From NCBI GenBank assembly GCA_036752305.1, contig DAIOSZ010000001.1, forward strand, positions 2,556 through 60,724: DNA of 58,169 nucleotides. Direction: 5' to 3'. This stretch comes from Burkholderiaceae bacterium. Lineage in GTDB: Bacteria > Pseudomonadota > Gammaproteobacteria > Burkholderiales > Burkholderiaceae_C. Made by a program: the position numbers and the translations under genes. The first letter of the stretch is position 1; each line of letters starts with the position of its first letter. Of the stretch, positions 8,969 to 19,686 are shown piece by piece. The notes under the pieces are model-generated. The model made no database searches and was not told where the DNA came from. It was given only the letters and a program-made list of their open reading frames with translations.

Positions 8969-9756
8969 AGCTCAAACTCCTGTCCGGCGTGCAGCCAGCG
9001 AATGTCGTGCACCACATTGCCGTTGATCGACTGGGTTTGGTCAAAGCGTTGAACCTCTTCCATGATGAGATCGGTTTCGGCCGGTTTGGTATGCGTGATG
9101 TAGATGGGAAAGCGCTTGTCGGTGTCGATGCAATCGAGCTCATCGGCCAGCGTATGCGGCGCCAGGTGCAGCGCGCGGCGCGCGAGATTGGCCTCTCGAT
9201 TGCTGAACGCGGTCTCGATGACCAGCATCGCCACGTTGAGTTGGTTAAGCCGCTGCCAGAACGCCGGGTTGCGCTCGGTATCGCCCGTGAACACCCAGCA
9301 GCCAGCGCCCTCGGTGATCGCATAACCCACCGCCGGCACTGTGTGCACCGCGGGCAGAACCTCGATCACCTTTCCCTCCAGCGCCAGCACCTGACCGATC
9401 CGAATCGGGACATAGCGTATGAATGGTGCCTGCGGCGTCGGAATCCGGCTGAAGTCAGGCCAGATCAAATCGTTGAAGATGTGCGCCTGCAGCGCGTCGA
9501 TCGTGCCTTGCAGCGCATACACCAGCACCGGCGCCTTTCGCCGCGCCGCGATCGAATCCACCATCAAAGGCAGCGCCGCCACGTGATCGAGATGCGAATG
9601 CGTGATCAGCACATGGTCAATGGCCGCCATTTCATCGAGCGTCAGATCGCCCACGCCAGTACCCGCGTCCACGAGGATATGCCTATCCACCAGGAACGAC
9701 GTCGTTCGGCAATCCTTGGCGATCGCGCCAGAACAGCCCAGCACGCGAACTCTCAT
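8965..9756 (-). CDS. class II 3',5'-cyclic-nucleotide phosphodiesterase (metallo-beta-lactamase fold)
   Basis: It carries the class II PDE signature HSHLDHVAALP (HxHLDH). Size is 263 aa. Confidence 0.8.
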   Translation of the reverse strand: MRVRVLGCSGAIAKDCRTTSFLVDRHILVDAGTGVGDLTLDEMAAIDHVLITHSHLDHVAALPLMVDSIAARRKAPVLVYALQGTIDALQAHIFNDLIWPDFSRIPTPQAPFIRYVPIRIGQVLALEGKVIEVLPAVHTVPAVGYAITEGAGCWVFTGDTERNPAFWQRLNQLNVAMLVIETAFSNREANLARRALHLAPHTLADELDCIDTDKRFPIYITHTKPAETDLIMEEVQRFDQTQSINGNVVHDIRWLHAGQEFEL

Positions 9757-9779
9757 GTGCGTTTCTCCCTTTAGGCGGC

Positions 9780-12029
9780 CTACTTGCTGTCGAAGTTGGT
9801 CGCTCCATCCCAGGACAGGTCAAGCGGCGCTTCGCGCATGTCGATGACCCGCTGCGAGAACAACTGATAGAGACCATTTTCCGGGGCCATGCGCTTGAGG
9901 TTGAACAGGTGCAACTCGGCCTGGTCCCAATCCTGGGCGCGAAAGGCCTTGAGAAACGCCCCCCACAACTTGAGTTCATCACCAGCTTTCGCCGCATCAC
10001 CCTCGCGCAACGTGTAGATCGACACGGCCTGCTGCTTGCCCTTGACACGCACGCGGTCGAGTTCCTGCCAGGGAAGATCTGGCGCGGCGCGGCGTGTCTG
10101 CTCGCTGGCCACGATGTCCACGTCGTAAAAGCGCGTCAGCCCTTCGAGCCTTGCGCCAAGATTGACCGAGTCGCCGATCACCGTGTAGGCGCGGCGCGAA
10201 TCCGACCCCATGTTGCCCACGCACATGGAACCGGTATTGAGGCCGATGCCCACACCGACTTCCGGCAAGCCCCTCGCGCGGTGGTCGGCATTCACTTCGT
10301 TGATTGCATCCAGCATCTGGCGCGCCGCGCGGCACGCCAGCGCCGCGTGGTCGGGTTGGTCCACCGGAGCGCCCCAGAACGCCATCACGCAATCGCCCAT
10401 GAACTTGTCGGTGGTACCCATGTTGGAATCGATCACCTGTGTGAGCCGCGAGAACAGATTGTTCAGCAAGCCCTGCAATGCCACCGGATCCATGCGTTCG
10501 GACAGTTTCGTAAACCCGCGCATGTCGCAGAACATCACGGTCAGCTCCTTGTTCTTCGCCTCCATGCTGTAGCTCTCGGGACGCTTGACCATCTCCTCAA
10601 CGAGCGCGGGCGGTACGTAGGTGCCAAACAAGCGCGCCAAACTGCGCTTGGATCGGCTTTCAACGAAATACCCGTAGCTCATGTTGAGCGCAAAGGCCGC
10701 CAGCACCAGCAAAACCGAAGCCGCCAAGGGCATCACCAGCCCCTGACTCTCGTACAGCCACCAATTGAGCCCGGACAAAGCCGCTAGCACGCCCACGCAC
10801 ACCAGCACGGCGATGGGCGCGGTCACCGCCGGCAGCACGAATGCCAGCAGCAGCCCCACGGCCAGCAGCATGAGAACGTCATAGCCCATCGCATAGTCGG
10901 GAACAACGGGCAGGCGGTCATCCAGAAGCCCCGACAGCAGGTTTGCGTGAATTTCCACCCCTGGATACACCTGGCTGACAGGCGTCACGCGCAAGTCCTG
11001 AAGGCCCGGCGCCGTGGTTCCAACAAACACCACGCGCCCCTGCAATTGTCCCGGCGTCAGCTTGCCTTCGATGATGTCGGAGGCGGAGACATACCGAAAA
11101 GACCCGCCCGCCTCTCCGCCCTGCCCGCGAAAAGGCACCAGTGTCGCGACGCGGCGATCTACTGGCAATGCCTGAAAATCCTTGCCATCGCGGCGCAACT
11201 TGACGCTTTCAAGATGCTGATAACTACGGCCAAGAAAGCGCTCGGGCGGGAACCCGGGCAGCACCTGTGGCATGCCCTGCGTGAGCCGATAGACAGCCAG
11301 CGCCAGCGATTCGTAGTACCCACCTTTGTATTCCACCAGCAACGGCACCGCCCGCACCATGCCGTCGCCGTCCACGATCGGGTTGAAGAATCCGCCCAGC
11401 GGCGCCGCGCTCGCAAAGCGCGCGAGATTCGACCCGTAGCCGTTCCAACTCGTGAAACGGATCGGCCGCCCCTTGAGCGCGGCGGCGTCCATCACCGGCG
11501 CGGGGATGACTCCGGAAGTTCGTCCGTCCCGGTCACTCGTGAAGTAATAGCCCATCACGACGGCCCGATTCTTCAGCGACTGGGCAAACTGCCCGTCGTA
11601 GTCCAGCTTGGGGGCTAACTCTCCGAACTTCTCGACAAAATTCGCGTCGTCCTTGAGAGCCCCTTTCGAGAGGTCCTCCAACCGCCTCAGGCCCGAGCTT
11701 TCATCCGGCTCCGCAAACACCACGTCAAACGCCGCCACCGCGATCTTCTGCTCGTCAAACAGCGCGTCGATCATGCGCGCAACCTTGTCGCGTGGCCAAG
11801 GCCAGCGGCCCACCGCAGCCAGGCTCTTTTCGTCGATGTCAACGATGACGATCCGGTCGTCAAGCGTCTGCGGCATCGTGGCCCGCAGCCGCGCGTCGTA
11901 GATCACATCGTCGAGTTGCTGCACCAAGCGCAGCGGCTGCACTTCCATCGCGTGCAGCAGCGCAAACAGCAGCGGCACCAACGTGAGCGCCACCCGTGGC
12001 CAAGACTTGAAAATGGCGCCAACGGACAT
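9780..12029 (-). CDS. CHASE2 sensor domain-containing class III adenylate/guanylate cyclase
   Basis: N-terminal CHASE2 signature (IVDIDEKSLAAVGRWPWPRD), then TM helices. The C-terminal cyclase domain has both metal Asp residues (FCDMRGFT, FMGDCVMAFWGAP) and VNLGARLE. Confidence 0.9.
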   Translation of the reverse strand: MSVGAIFKSWPRVALTLVPLLFALLHAMEVQPLRLVQQLDDVIYDARLRATMPQTLDDRIVIVDIDEKSLAAVGRWPWPRDKVARMIDALFDEQKIAVAAFDVVFAEPDESSGLRRLEDLSKGALKDDANFVEKFGELAPKLDYDGQFAQSLKNRAVVMGYYFTSDRDGRTSGVIPAPVMDAAALKGRPIRFTSWNGYGSNLARFASAAPLGGFFNPIVDGDGMVRAVPLLVEYKGGYYESLALAVYRLTQGMPQVLPGFPPERFLGRSYQHLESVKLRRDGKDFQALPVDRRVATLVPFRGQGGEAGGSFRYVSASDIIEGKLTPGQLQGRVVFVGTTAPGLQDLRVTPVSQVYPGVEIHANLLSGLLDDRLPVVPDYAMGYDVLMLLAVGLLLAFVLPAVTAPIAVLVCVGVLAALSGLNWWLYESQGLVMPLAASVLLVLAAFALNMSYGYFVESRSKRSLARLFGTYVPPALVEEMVKRPESYSMEAKNKELTVMFCDMRGFTKLSERMDPVALQGLLNNLFSRLTQVIDSNMGTTDKFMGDCVMAFWGAPVDQPDHAALACRAARQMLDAINEVNADHRARGLPEVGVGIGLNTGSMCVGNMGSDSRRAYTVIGDSVNLGARLEGLTRFYDVDIVASEQTRRAAPDLPWQELDRVRVKGKQQAVSIYTLREGDAAKAGDELKLWGAFLKAFRAQDWDQAELHLFNLKRMAPENGLYQLFSQRVIDMREAPLDLSWDGATNFDSK

Positions 12030-12066
12030 GGTAACAATACCGTTCAGCGCCGCGGGTCTGCGCCGC

Positions 12067-12723
12067 CTAGTGCACCACGAACTGCATGGAAGTACCCGCG
12101 AGATCGAGCATGTCGCCGTTGCTCAAGGTCGTGGGCGCGCTGCCAACGGGCTTACCGTTGACTTTTGGCGGCTCGGCTCCCTCAACGTGCGCGAGCACGA
12201 AACCATTGGGCCGGCGCGTGATGGAGGCCACACCCACTCCGGGCTTGCCCAGCGTCGTGACGACTTTGGTCAGCGGCACTTCGCGGCCGGCCGCGGGCCC
12301 CGTGGTCACCTTGATCGAGGCCTGCATCTCCATGCCGCTGTTAACAAACCCCGAAGGAGCAGCCGTCTGGGCCGCCACGGGCGCCGCGGGCACGGCGCCC
12401 GGCCGTACGATCATGGTCTTGTCGTAGTCACCGACCGGTTCGTTGACGAAGCGGATCTTGTACTTGCCAATCTCGACCGAGTCGTTGTGGTGCAAGGCCT
12501 GCTTCTTGATGGCCTTGCCGTTGATGTAGGTACCGTTGGTGCTGTTGAGATCCTCCAAGAAGATCTCCGGCCCGGCCATCTGCACGACCGCGTGCTCGCC
12601 GCTGACGGCAAGATTGTCGATCACGATGTCGTTGTATGGTCGCCGGCCCAGGGTGGTGCGATCCTTGACGATCTGCACTTCCTTGATGACGACACCGTCG
12701 ATCGAAACGATCATCTTCGGCAT
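12067..12723 (-). CDS. FHA domain protein (N-terminal FHA plus C-terminal FHA-like domain)
   Basis: FHA signature TLGRRPYNDIVIDNLAVSGEHAVV...STNGTYING at the N-terminus. A second beta-rich segment (TTLGKPGVGVASI...VNGKPV) follows a Pro/Ala linker. Confidence 0.85.
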   Translation of the reverse strand: MPKMIVSIDGVVIKEVQIVKDRTTLGRRPYNDIVIDNLAVSGEHAVVQMAGPEIFLEDLNSTNGTYINGKAIKKQALHHNDSVEIGKYKIRFVNEPVGDYDKTMIVRPGAVPAAPVAAQTAAPSGFVNSGMEMQASIKVTTGPAAGREVPLTKVVTTLGKPGVGVASITRRPNGFVLAHVEGAEPPKVNGKPVGSAPTTLSNGDMLDLAGTSMQFVVH

Positions 12724-12795
12724 GGTCGACTCCTGACAATTTCTATGAATGAGTGGGTTGGAATGGGCCGGACGCGAGACTTGATGCGACTCGGT

Positions 12796-13581
12796 TCATG
12801 GTGAAAGCCATCGTGCCAGCAAACCCTTTCGGGTACCTTCCACGCGCGCCTTCACCAACAACACGGAAATATTATCCCGCCCCCCATTGGCATTGGCGGT
12901 ATCAATCAAGCTCTCCGCAACCTGCTCCAGGCTCTGCTGTGCGCCGAGCAAACGGGCAATCGCTTCATCATCCATCATGTCGGACAAGCCATCAGAGCAC
13001 ATCATGTACAGATCACCGGACTCGACCTTGAAGTCATTGACCTCCAGATCCACGGCCTCATCGACACCGAGCGCGCGCGTCACCAAATTCTTGTTCACCG
13101 AAACCGCCGCCTGCTCGGCCGTGATATAGCCTGCATCCAGTTGCTCCTGCAACAATGAGTGATCGCGCGTGATCTGCATCAGCACGCCGGCACGCAAGCG
13201 ATAGCAGCGCGAATCTCCCACATGCCCCAGCACCAGGCGGTTGCCGTGGAACACTCCGACCACCACAGTCGTGCCCATGCCCGCGTATTGCCGGTTCGTT
13301 GACGCCGCCCTGAAGATGGACGTATTCGCGTTCTCCACGCAGATGCGCAGCGCCCGTTGAATCTCACGCGGCATGGCTTTGCGCTCGACCTCGCGCAGCC
13401 AGCGGGACAGTTCGGACACGATGAACGCCGTTGCCATGCCGCTGGCCACTTCACCCGCCGCATATCCGCCCATGCCGTCGGCCAGCACGGCCACGCCGGT
13501 TGGCGGATCGAAATGCACCGCGTCTTCGTTGTTGCCGCGCACCTTCCCAGGATCGGTGCGCGCGCAGAATTCGTACTGCAT
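12796..13581 (-). CDS. PP2C-family Ser/Thr protein phosphatase
   Basis: Motifs RGNNEDA, LADGMGG, CSDGLSD and GGRDNISV are present. I chose the ATG at 13581; the alternative TTG at 13614 would overlap the kinase stop by 4 nt. Confidence 0.9.
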   Translation of the reverse strand: MQYEFCARTDPGKVRGNNEDAVHFDPPTGVAVLADGMGGYAAGEVASGMATAFIVSELSRWLREVERKAMPREIQRALRICVENANTSIFRAASTNRQYAGMGTTVVVGVFHGNRLVLGHVGDSRCYRLRAGVLMQITRDHSLLQEQLDAGYITAEQAAVSVNKNLVTRALGVDEAVDLEVNDFKVESGDLYMMCSDGLSDMMDDEAIARLLGAQQSLEQVAESLIDTANANGGRDNISVLLVKARVEGTRKGLLARWLSP

Positions 13582-13610
13582 CGAAGCCGACGACTTGTTT
13601 CCGGCACCCG

Positions 13611-16364
13611 TCAAGATGTCGACCCTCCGTCGTCCGGGCGGCGCCCGGGCAGATGCGGTGCATCCAGTTTTTGCGTTTTCTGGCTATCCGGCTGAGCGGC
13701 TGGTTGGTAGCGGGAAATCGGCTGCGTCGCGTCGCTGCCTTCAAACGACATGGGCATCGTATGGTCGGCGGCGAATGGCACTGGAGCCGACGCGGGGGCG
13801 GCACTCGCCGCCGCAGGCGCCGCGACCAAGGCCACAAATCCTACCGCCAGTATCTGCTTGAGATCGTCCGCCAACTGGTCACCGTCCTGGTAGCGCACCT
13901 CGGGCCGCTTGGTCAGCGCAAGGGCCGCCAGACGAGCCAGATCCGGCGACAAATCCGGTCGGAAACTGCGCAAGTCGGGCGCCTCCTCATTGGCAATCTT
14001 GTACATCAGGCCAGCCATCGAGTCAGCCCGGAACGGCAGGTTGCCGGTCAGCATCTGGAACAGCATGACGCCCAGCGAATACAGGTCGGAGCGGCCATCG
14101 ACACGCGTTCCCGCGATCTGCTCGGGCGACATATAGCTCGGCGTGCCCAGCACCAGGCCGGTCTTCGTCTTGCTTGAATCGGTGATGCGCGCGATGCCGA
14201 AGTCGGTCACCTTCACCGCGTCGCTCGTGGGCTCATACATGATGTTCGCTGGCTTGATGTCGCGATGCACCACGTTTTGACGGTGTGCGTAAGCCAGCGC
14301 GCGCGCAACGCGCTCGACGATGGACAAGACCTGTGGCACCGGCAGCAACTGGCCGGGACGGCAGTAGTCGGCCAAATCCTTGCCTTTGAGAAATTCCATC
14401 GCGATGTAGGCCAGATCGTGCTCCTCGCCGGCATCGAAGATCGTCACGATATTCTGATGCTGCAGGCGCCCCGCCGTCTCGGCTTCGCGGAAGAAGCGTT
14501 CGCGCGCGTCGTCCAGGTCGCTGCCTTCGAATTCCTGGCTCAGGGCCATGGTCTTGATGGCCACTACGCGGCCAATCTTCGGATCTTTGCCCTGGTAGAC
14601 CACGCCCATGGCGCCTTTGCCCAACTCCTTTTCCACCTGGTAGCGGCCCAGCATGGGTTTTTCCACCGCGCCCCCGTCCAGCAGCATGGTGCCGCCCGGA
14701 TGCGCGGTGCCGCCGCCCAGGATGACCGTCTCCGACAAATTCTTGGCGCGGTTGAGCTTGGCGGCCAGATCCTTGTAGTTCGGCTTGTAACTGGCCATGT
14801 GCTCGTAGACCGCCTGCGCCTTGTTGAACTGACGCTTGCGCTCGAAATCCAGCGCCAAGTTGTACAGGTTGTCCATCAACGCATCGCCGATACCGGGTTC
14901 CAACGGCACGCGGCGGAAGCGATCAAAAGCCATGTCCAACTGGCCCTGGCCCTGCAACGCCAAGCCCATCATCCGGTTCGTCTCCGCCGATTCTTCATCC
15001 GATTTCACCTTGCCGGCTTCCGTGACCAGGAAGCGCTTGGTCGTGATAAGCAAATACCCTGCCACCAGCAGCGCAGCCGGAAACACCAGCCGCACCCAGA
15101 TGGACGCGCCCGCCAGCAAGCCATATTCGGAGCCCAGCAGCAACAGCAGCAAAGCCGCCGTGATGCCCGCCGCCGGACCGGCTTTCAACCGCGGCAGCAA
15201 GCCAATCACATAGGCGGAAACGACCAGAAACGCCGCCAGCGCGAGCCAGATACCCCACCCGGGTTGAACGATGAAATGTTCGCTCAGGATGCTGGAGGTG
15301 ATGTGCGCCATCGTCTCCGCGGGCGACAAGCCGGGATGCCCAGGCACCGGAAACTGCACGCCCACGCCAGCCGCCGTGGCGCCGATGATGACAATCTTGT
15401 CGGCAAATTTGGCCGCCGGCACCTTGCCGATCAGCACGTCGGAGAACGAATCGACCGGAAACGGCGCCTTGCCATCGCGGTTGGCATAAAACTGCGGGAG
15501 CATCAGCGCCGAGTCATCGGTGCGAACCTTGAGCTTGCCGATCTGCACCGAATCACCGGGATTGAGCCGCACATCACCCACGCCAAGGTTCAGGCTGCTC
15601 AGCGCCGTCATCAAGGCCATCGACGGAGCCGATCGGCCGAAATAGTCCACCAGCAGCGCCTCCTGGCGCACCGCGCCGTCGGTGTCCTGAAACTGGTTGA
15701 GGTGTCCAATACCGGCGGCCGCCTCGCCGATGACGGGAATCGGAAACTGTCCGCGCACCGCAGGCACCGCGAACCCCGGCAGCGACTCCACCGTGCTCTT
15801 GAGCACATAGGGCGGCAGCGGCTGGTCGGCGCGGCCCTGGGGCTCACCCAGCGTATAGACCGCCGGCGTCAGCACGCGGGCCGCCTTTTGCATGCTGGCC
15901 GCCAACTGACCATCGGCATCCAGCACGCGCTCGGCCTCGCCAATGACCTGATCCAGTTGCTGACGGATTTCGGGCGCCTCCGGTGGCGCCTTGGCCAGAA
16001 CATCCTTGATCTTGCGGATATAGCCCATGCCCCGGTCAGTCTGCGGCTCCAGGAAGAACGCCGTGTGCGCGATCGTCTTCGCGCCAGCCTGCGACAACTG
16101 ATCAATCAACTTGCCGTGCACGTCACGCGCCCAGGGCCAGCGGCCGATGTTGGCGATGGAGTGGTCGTCGATGGCGATCACCGCGATGCGCTCGGAAGGC
16201 TTGCGGCTGCTGGCCGTGCTGGCGGTGTCGTAGAAACGCCGCTCTAGCGAACCAAAAACGTCAGTCCACTGATTGAGTGCCAATGCAAGCGCCACGATGC
16301 ACAGCCCCAAGAACCAGTCCTGGCGCCAGATGGCCCCGCCCGGTGCCGCCAATTTGAATTTCAA
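13611..16364 (-). CDS. CHASE2 sensor domain-containing Hanks-type Ser/Thr protein kinase (917 aa)
   Basis: N-terminal CHASE2 (IAIDDHSIANIGRWPWARD), then TM helices. The C-terminal kinase has GKGAMGVVY, VAIK, HRDIKPANI, DFGIA and GTPSYMSPE. The only start near the N-terminus is a TTG. Confidence 0.9.
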   Translation of the reverse strand: MKFKLAAPGGAIWRQDWFLGLCIVALALALNQWTDVFGSLERRFYDTASTASSRKPSERIAVIAIDDHSIANIGRWPWARDVHGKLIDQLSQAGAKTIAHTAFFLEPQTDRGMGYIRKIKDVLAKAPPEAPEIRQQLDQVIGEAERVLDADGQLAASMQKAARVLTPAVYTLGEPQGRADQPLPPYVLKSTVESLPGFAVPAVRGQFPIPVIGEAAAGIGHLNQFQDTDGAVRQEALLVDYFGRSAPSMALMTALSSLNLGVGDVRLNPGDSVQIGKLKVRTDDSALMLPQFYANRDGKAPFPVDSFSDVLIGKVPAAKFADKIVIIGATAAGVGVQFPVPGHPGLSPAETMAHITSSILSEHFIVQPGWGIWLALAAFLVVSAYVIGLLPRLKAGPAAGITAALLLLLLGSEYGLLAGASIWVRLVFPAALLVAGYLLITTKRFLVTEAGKVKSDEESAETNRMMGLALQGQGQLDMAFDRFRRVPLEPGIGDALMDNLYNLALDFERKRQFNKAQAVYEHMASYKPNYKDLAAKLNRAKNLSETVILGGGTAHPGGTMLLDGGAVEKPMLGRYQVEKELGKGAMGVVYQGKDPKIGRVVAIKTMALSQEFEGSDLDDARERFFREAETAGRLQHQNIVTIFDAGEEHDLAYIAMEFLKGKDLADYCRPGQLLPVPQVLSIVERVARALAYAHRQNVVHRDIKPANIMYEPTSDAVKVTDFGIARITDSSKTKTGLVLGTPSYMSPEQIAGTRVDGRSDLYSLGVMLFQMLTGNLPFRADSMAGLMYKIANEEAPDLRSFRPDLSPDLARLAALALTKRPEVRYQDGDQLADDLKQILAVGFVALVAAPAAASAAPASAPVPFAADHTMPMSFEGSDATQPISRYQPAAQPDSQKTQKLDAPHLPGRRPDDGGSTS

Positions 16365-16501
16365 GACCCGCCCCCGCGAAATGTCGCGTCAGTATCCGTG
16401 ATTTCCTTCACAAAGGACAAGATTTGGGTAATGTGCACGGTGGGCGATGCGTCGTTTCCACGCACCAACCCACCACGCGCGGCGCGCGGGCTCCGCGCTT
16501 T

Positions 16502-17197
16502 TCAGGAACTTGCGCCGGTGTGTTTGGCCGCCTGGCGGGCCGCCAGCCACTTGCCCAGGCCCACCACGAAGGCGGCCCCCGCAGCGGCGGCGGCGTAGTG
16601 CAGCCAAGGGTTGGCGGCCAGCACGTCTTTCAGTGCCACGTCGCTGACGATGGTCTCGCCGCCCACCCAGCCGATGAGCGCGGCGCCGAGCACCACGATG
16701 ACGGGATAACGCTCCATCAGCTTGATCATCAATGTGCTGCCGAAGATCACCAGCGGAATGCTGATCGCCAGGCCGATAACCAGGAGCGCGGTATTGCCCT
16801 TGGCTGCAGCCGCCACGGCGATCACGTTGTCCAGGCTCATCACCAAATCGGCAATCAGGATGGTGCGCACGGCCGCCATCATGCCGCCGCCGCCTTCCTT
16901 GCCGTCCTCGCCCTCTTCTTCCTCGCCCAGCAGCTGCACGCCGATCCACAGCAGCAGAATGCCCCCGATGATCTGCAAATACGGCAGTTGCAGCAACTTG
17001 GCCGCCACCACCGTCAAGACCACCCGCAGCACCACGGCCGCGCCGGAGCCGAACATGATGGCCTGCTTCTGCTGCTGGGGCGGCAGCGAGCGCGCGGCCA
17101 GCGCAATGACCACGGCGTTGTCGCCCGAGAGAATGATGTTGATCCAGATGATCTTGAGCAGACCGATCCAGAAGTCCGAGGTTTGGAGCATTTCCAT
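16502..17197 (-). CDS. TerC/YjbE-family integral membrane protein
   Basis: It has the motif ILSGDNAVVIALAA and a second DNVIAVAAAA repeat. I chose the ATG at 17197 (MEMLQTSDFW); the listed start at 17239 is a GTG just after a terminator. Confidence 0.8.
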   Translation of the reverse strand: MEMLQTSDFWIGLLKIIWINIILSGDNAVVIALAARSLPPQQQKQAIMFGSGAAVVLRVVLTVVAAKLLQLPYLQIIGGILLLWIGVQLLGEEEEGEDGKEGGGGMMAAVRTILIADLVMSLDNVIAVAAAAKGNTALLVIGLAISIPLVIFGSTLMIKLMERYPVIVVLGAALIGWVGGETIVSDVALKDVLAANPWLHYAAAAAGAAFVVGLGKWLAARQAAKHTGASS

Positions 17198-17245
17198 GGT
17201 TTTGTCTCGTCTGACGCTTGTCGCTTGTTGTGTGGCCACTCGGCC

Positions 17246-17270
17246 AAAAAAAACGCGGGCCGAGCCCGCG
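17246..17270 (-). terminator. rho-independent terminator downstream of sucD
   Basis: On the minus strand, CGCGGGC-TCG-GCCCGCG is followed by eight T (plus-strand A-run 17246-17253). Confidence 0.7.
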
Positions 17271-17373
17271 CGTGGAATCCAGGAATGGTGCCGGGGTGAG
17301 CGGCGCCAACGGCGGGTCAGCCCAGTGTAACGGCGCCAGACCCGCCCAAACTACGTGGTTGTACGGGTATGCC

Positions 17374-18267
17374 TTACAACAGCGCCTTGAGCATGCGGCC
17401 CATTTCGGATGGGTTGCGCGTGACCTTGAAGCCGCTTTCCTCCATGACGGCCAGCTTGGCCTCGGCGGTATCCGCGCCGCCGGAAATCAGCGCGCCGGCA
17501 TGGCCCATGCGCTTGCCGGGAGGCGCCGTCACGCCGGCAATGAAGCCGACGATGGGTTTTTTCATGTTGGCCTTGCACCAGCGCGCCGCGTCGGCCTCGT
17601 CCGGGCCGCCGATCTCGCCGATCATGATCACGGCGTCGGTGTCAGGGTCGTCGTTGAAGGCCTTCATCACGTCGATGTGCTTGAGGCCGTTGATCGGGTC
17701 ACCACCAATGCCCACCGCGCTCGACTGGCCGATGCCCAGTTCCGTCAATTGCGCCACGGCCTCGTAAGTGAGCGTGCCGGAGCGGCTGACCACGCCGACG
17801 CGGCCTTTCTTGTGGATATGGCCCGGCATGATGCCGATCTTGATTTCGTCGGGCGTGATGATGCCGGGGCAGTTCGGGCCCAGCAGCAGCGTCTTCTTGC
17901 CGCCCGCCGCTTCCTTGGCCTTCATGCGGTTACGCACCTCCAGCATGTCGCGGATCGGGATGCCCTCGGTGATGCAGACCACAAAGTCCAGATCGGCCTC
18001 CACGGCTTCCCAGATCGCCGCGGCCGCGCCCGCCGGCGGCACATAGATCACGCTGACCGTGGCGCCGGTCTGGCGGGCCGCGTCGGCCACGCTGGCGTAG
18101 ATGGGAATGCCGAAGATCGACTCACCGGCCTTCTTGGGGTTCACGCCGGCGACAAAGCAGTTCTTGCCGTTGGCGTATTCCTGGCATTTCTCGGTATGGA
18201 ACTGCCCGGTCTTGCCCGTGATGCCTTGCGTAATGACACGGGTGTTTTTGTTGATGTAGATGCTCAT
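17374..18267 (-). CDS. sucD: succinyl-CoA ligase (ADP-forming) alpha subunit
   Basis: Full-length match to SucD ([24 protein letters not shown]..., MGHAGA active-site His region). Confidence 0.97.
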   Translation of the reverse strand: MSIYINKNTRVITQGITGKTGQFHTEKCQEYANGKNCFVAGVNPKKAGESIFGIPIYASVADAARQTGATVSVIYVPPAGAAAAIWEAVEADLDFVVCITEGIPIRDMLEVRNRMKAKEAAGGKKTLLLGPNCPGIITPDEIKIGIMPGHIHKKGRVGVVSRSGTLTYEAVAQLTELGIGQSSAVGIGGDPINGLKHIDVMKAFNDDPDTDAVIMIGEIGGPDEADAARWCKANMKKPIVGFIAGVTAPPGKRMGHAGALISGGADTAEAKLAVMEESGFKVTRNPSEMGRMLKALL

Positions 18268-18279
18268 GGGTGTCCTCGC

Positions 18280-19440
<1,161 letters not shown>

Positions 19441-19686
19441 GGGAGTCGTCTGGAGGTTGGGGTAGGTTGGGCGCGGCGGGCGCGCTGGGAATGGTGCGAG
19501 GAGCTGAAGGACTGGCGCCGTGGCACCGGTGCCCGGACGTGGCGCGAAATGTATCATCCCACGACCATCGGTGACGGGCTTTTGCGCTCCGTGAAGCGCT
19601 CAGCGCCGCTCTCCGGTGGCCCCGGGGCCGTAATGCATAATTATTTCGAGCCGTTCTGAATTCAAGCTGACGGGAGCACCCTCGCC

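Noticed and set aside
16470-16500. A GC hairpin followed by TTTT (GCGCGG...CCGCGCTTTT) between the TerC-family and kinase genes.
   Set aside because: The T-run is on the plus strand while both flanking genes are on the minus strand. The minus-strand reading has no U-tract, so it is not a convincing terminator.
17198-17373. A yybP-ykoY (Mn) riboswitch upstream of the TerC-family gene.
   Set aside because: I could not find the conserved GGGGAGUAG and UUGACA / GCAAGACC cores on the minus strand. It is kept only as a low-confidence structured-leader finding, pending a covariance-model scan.
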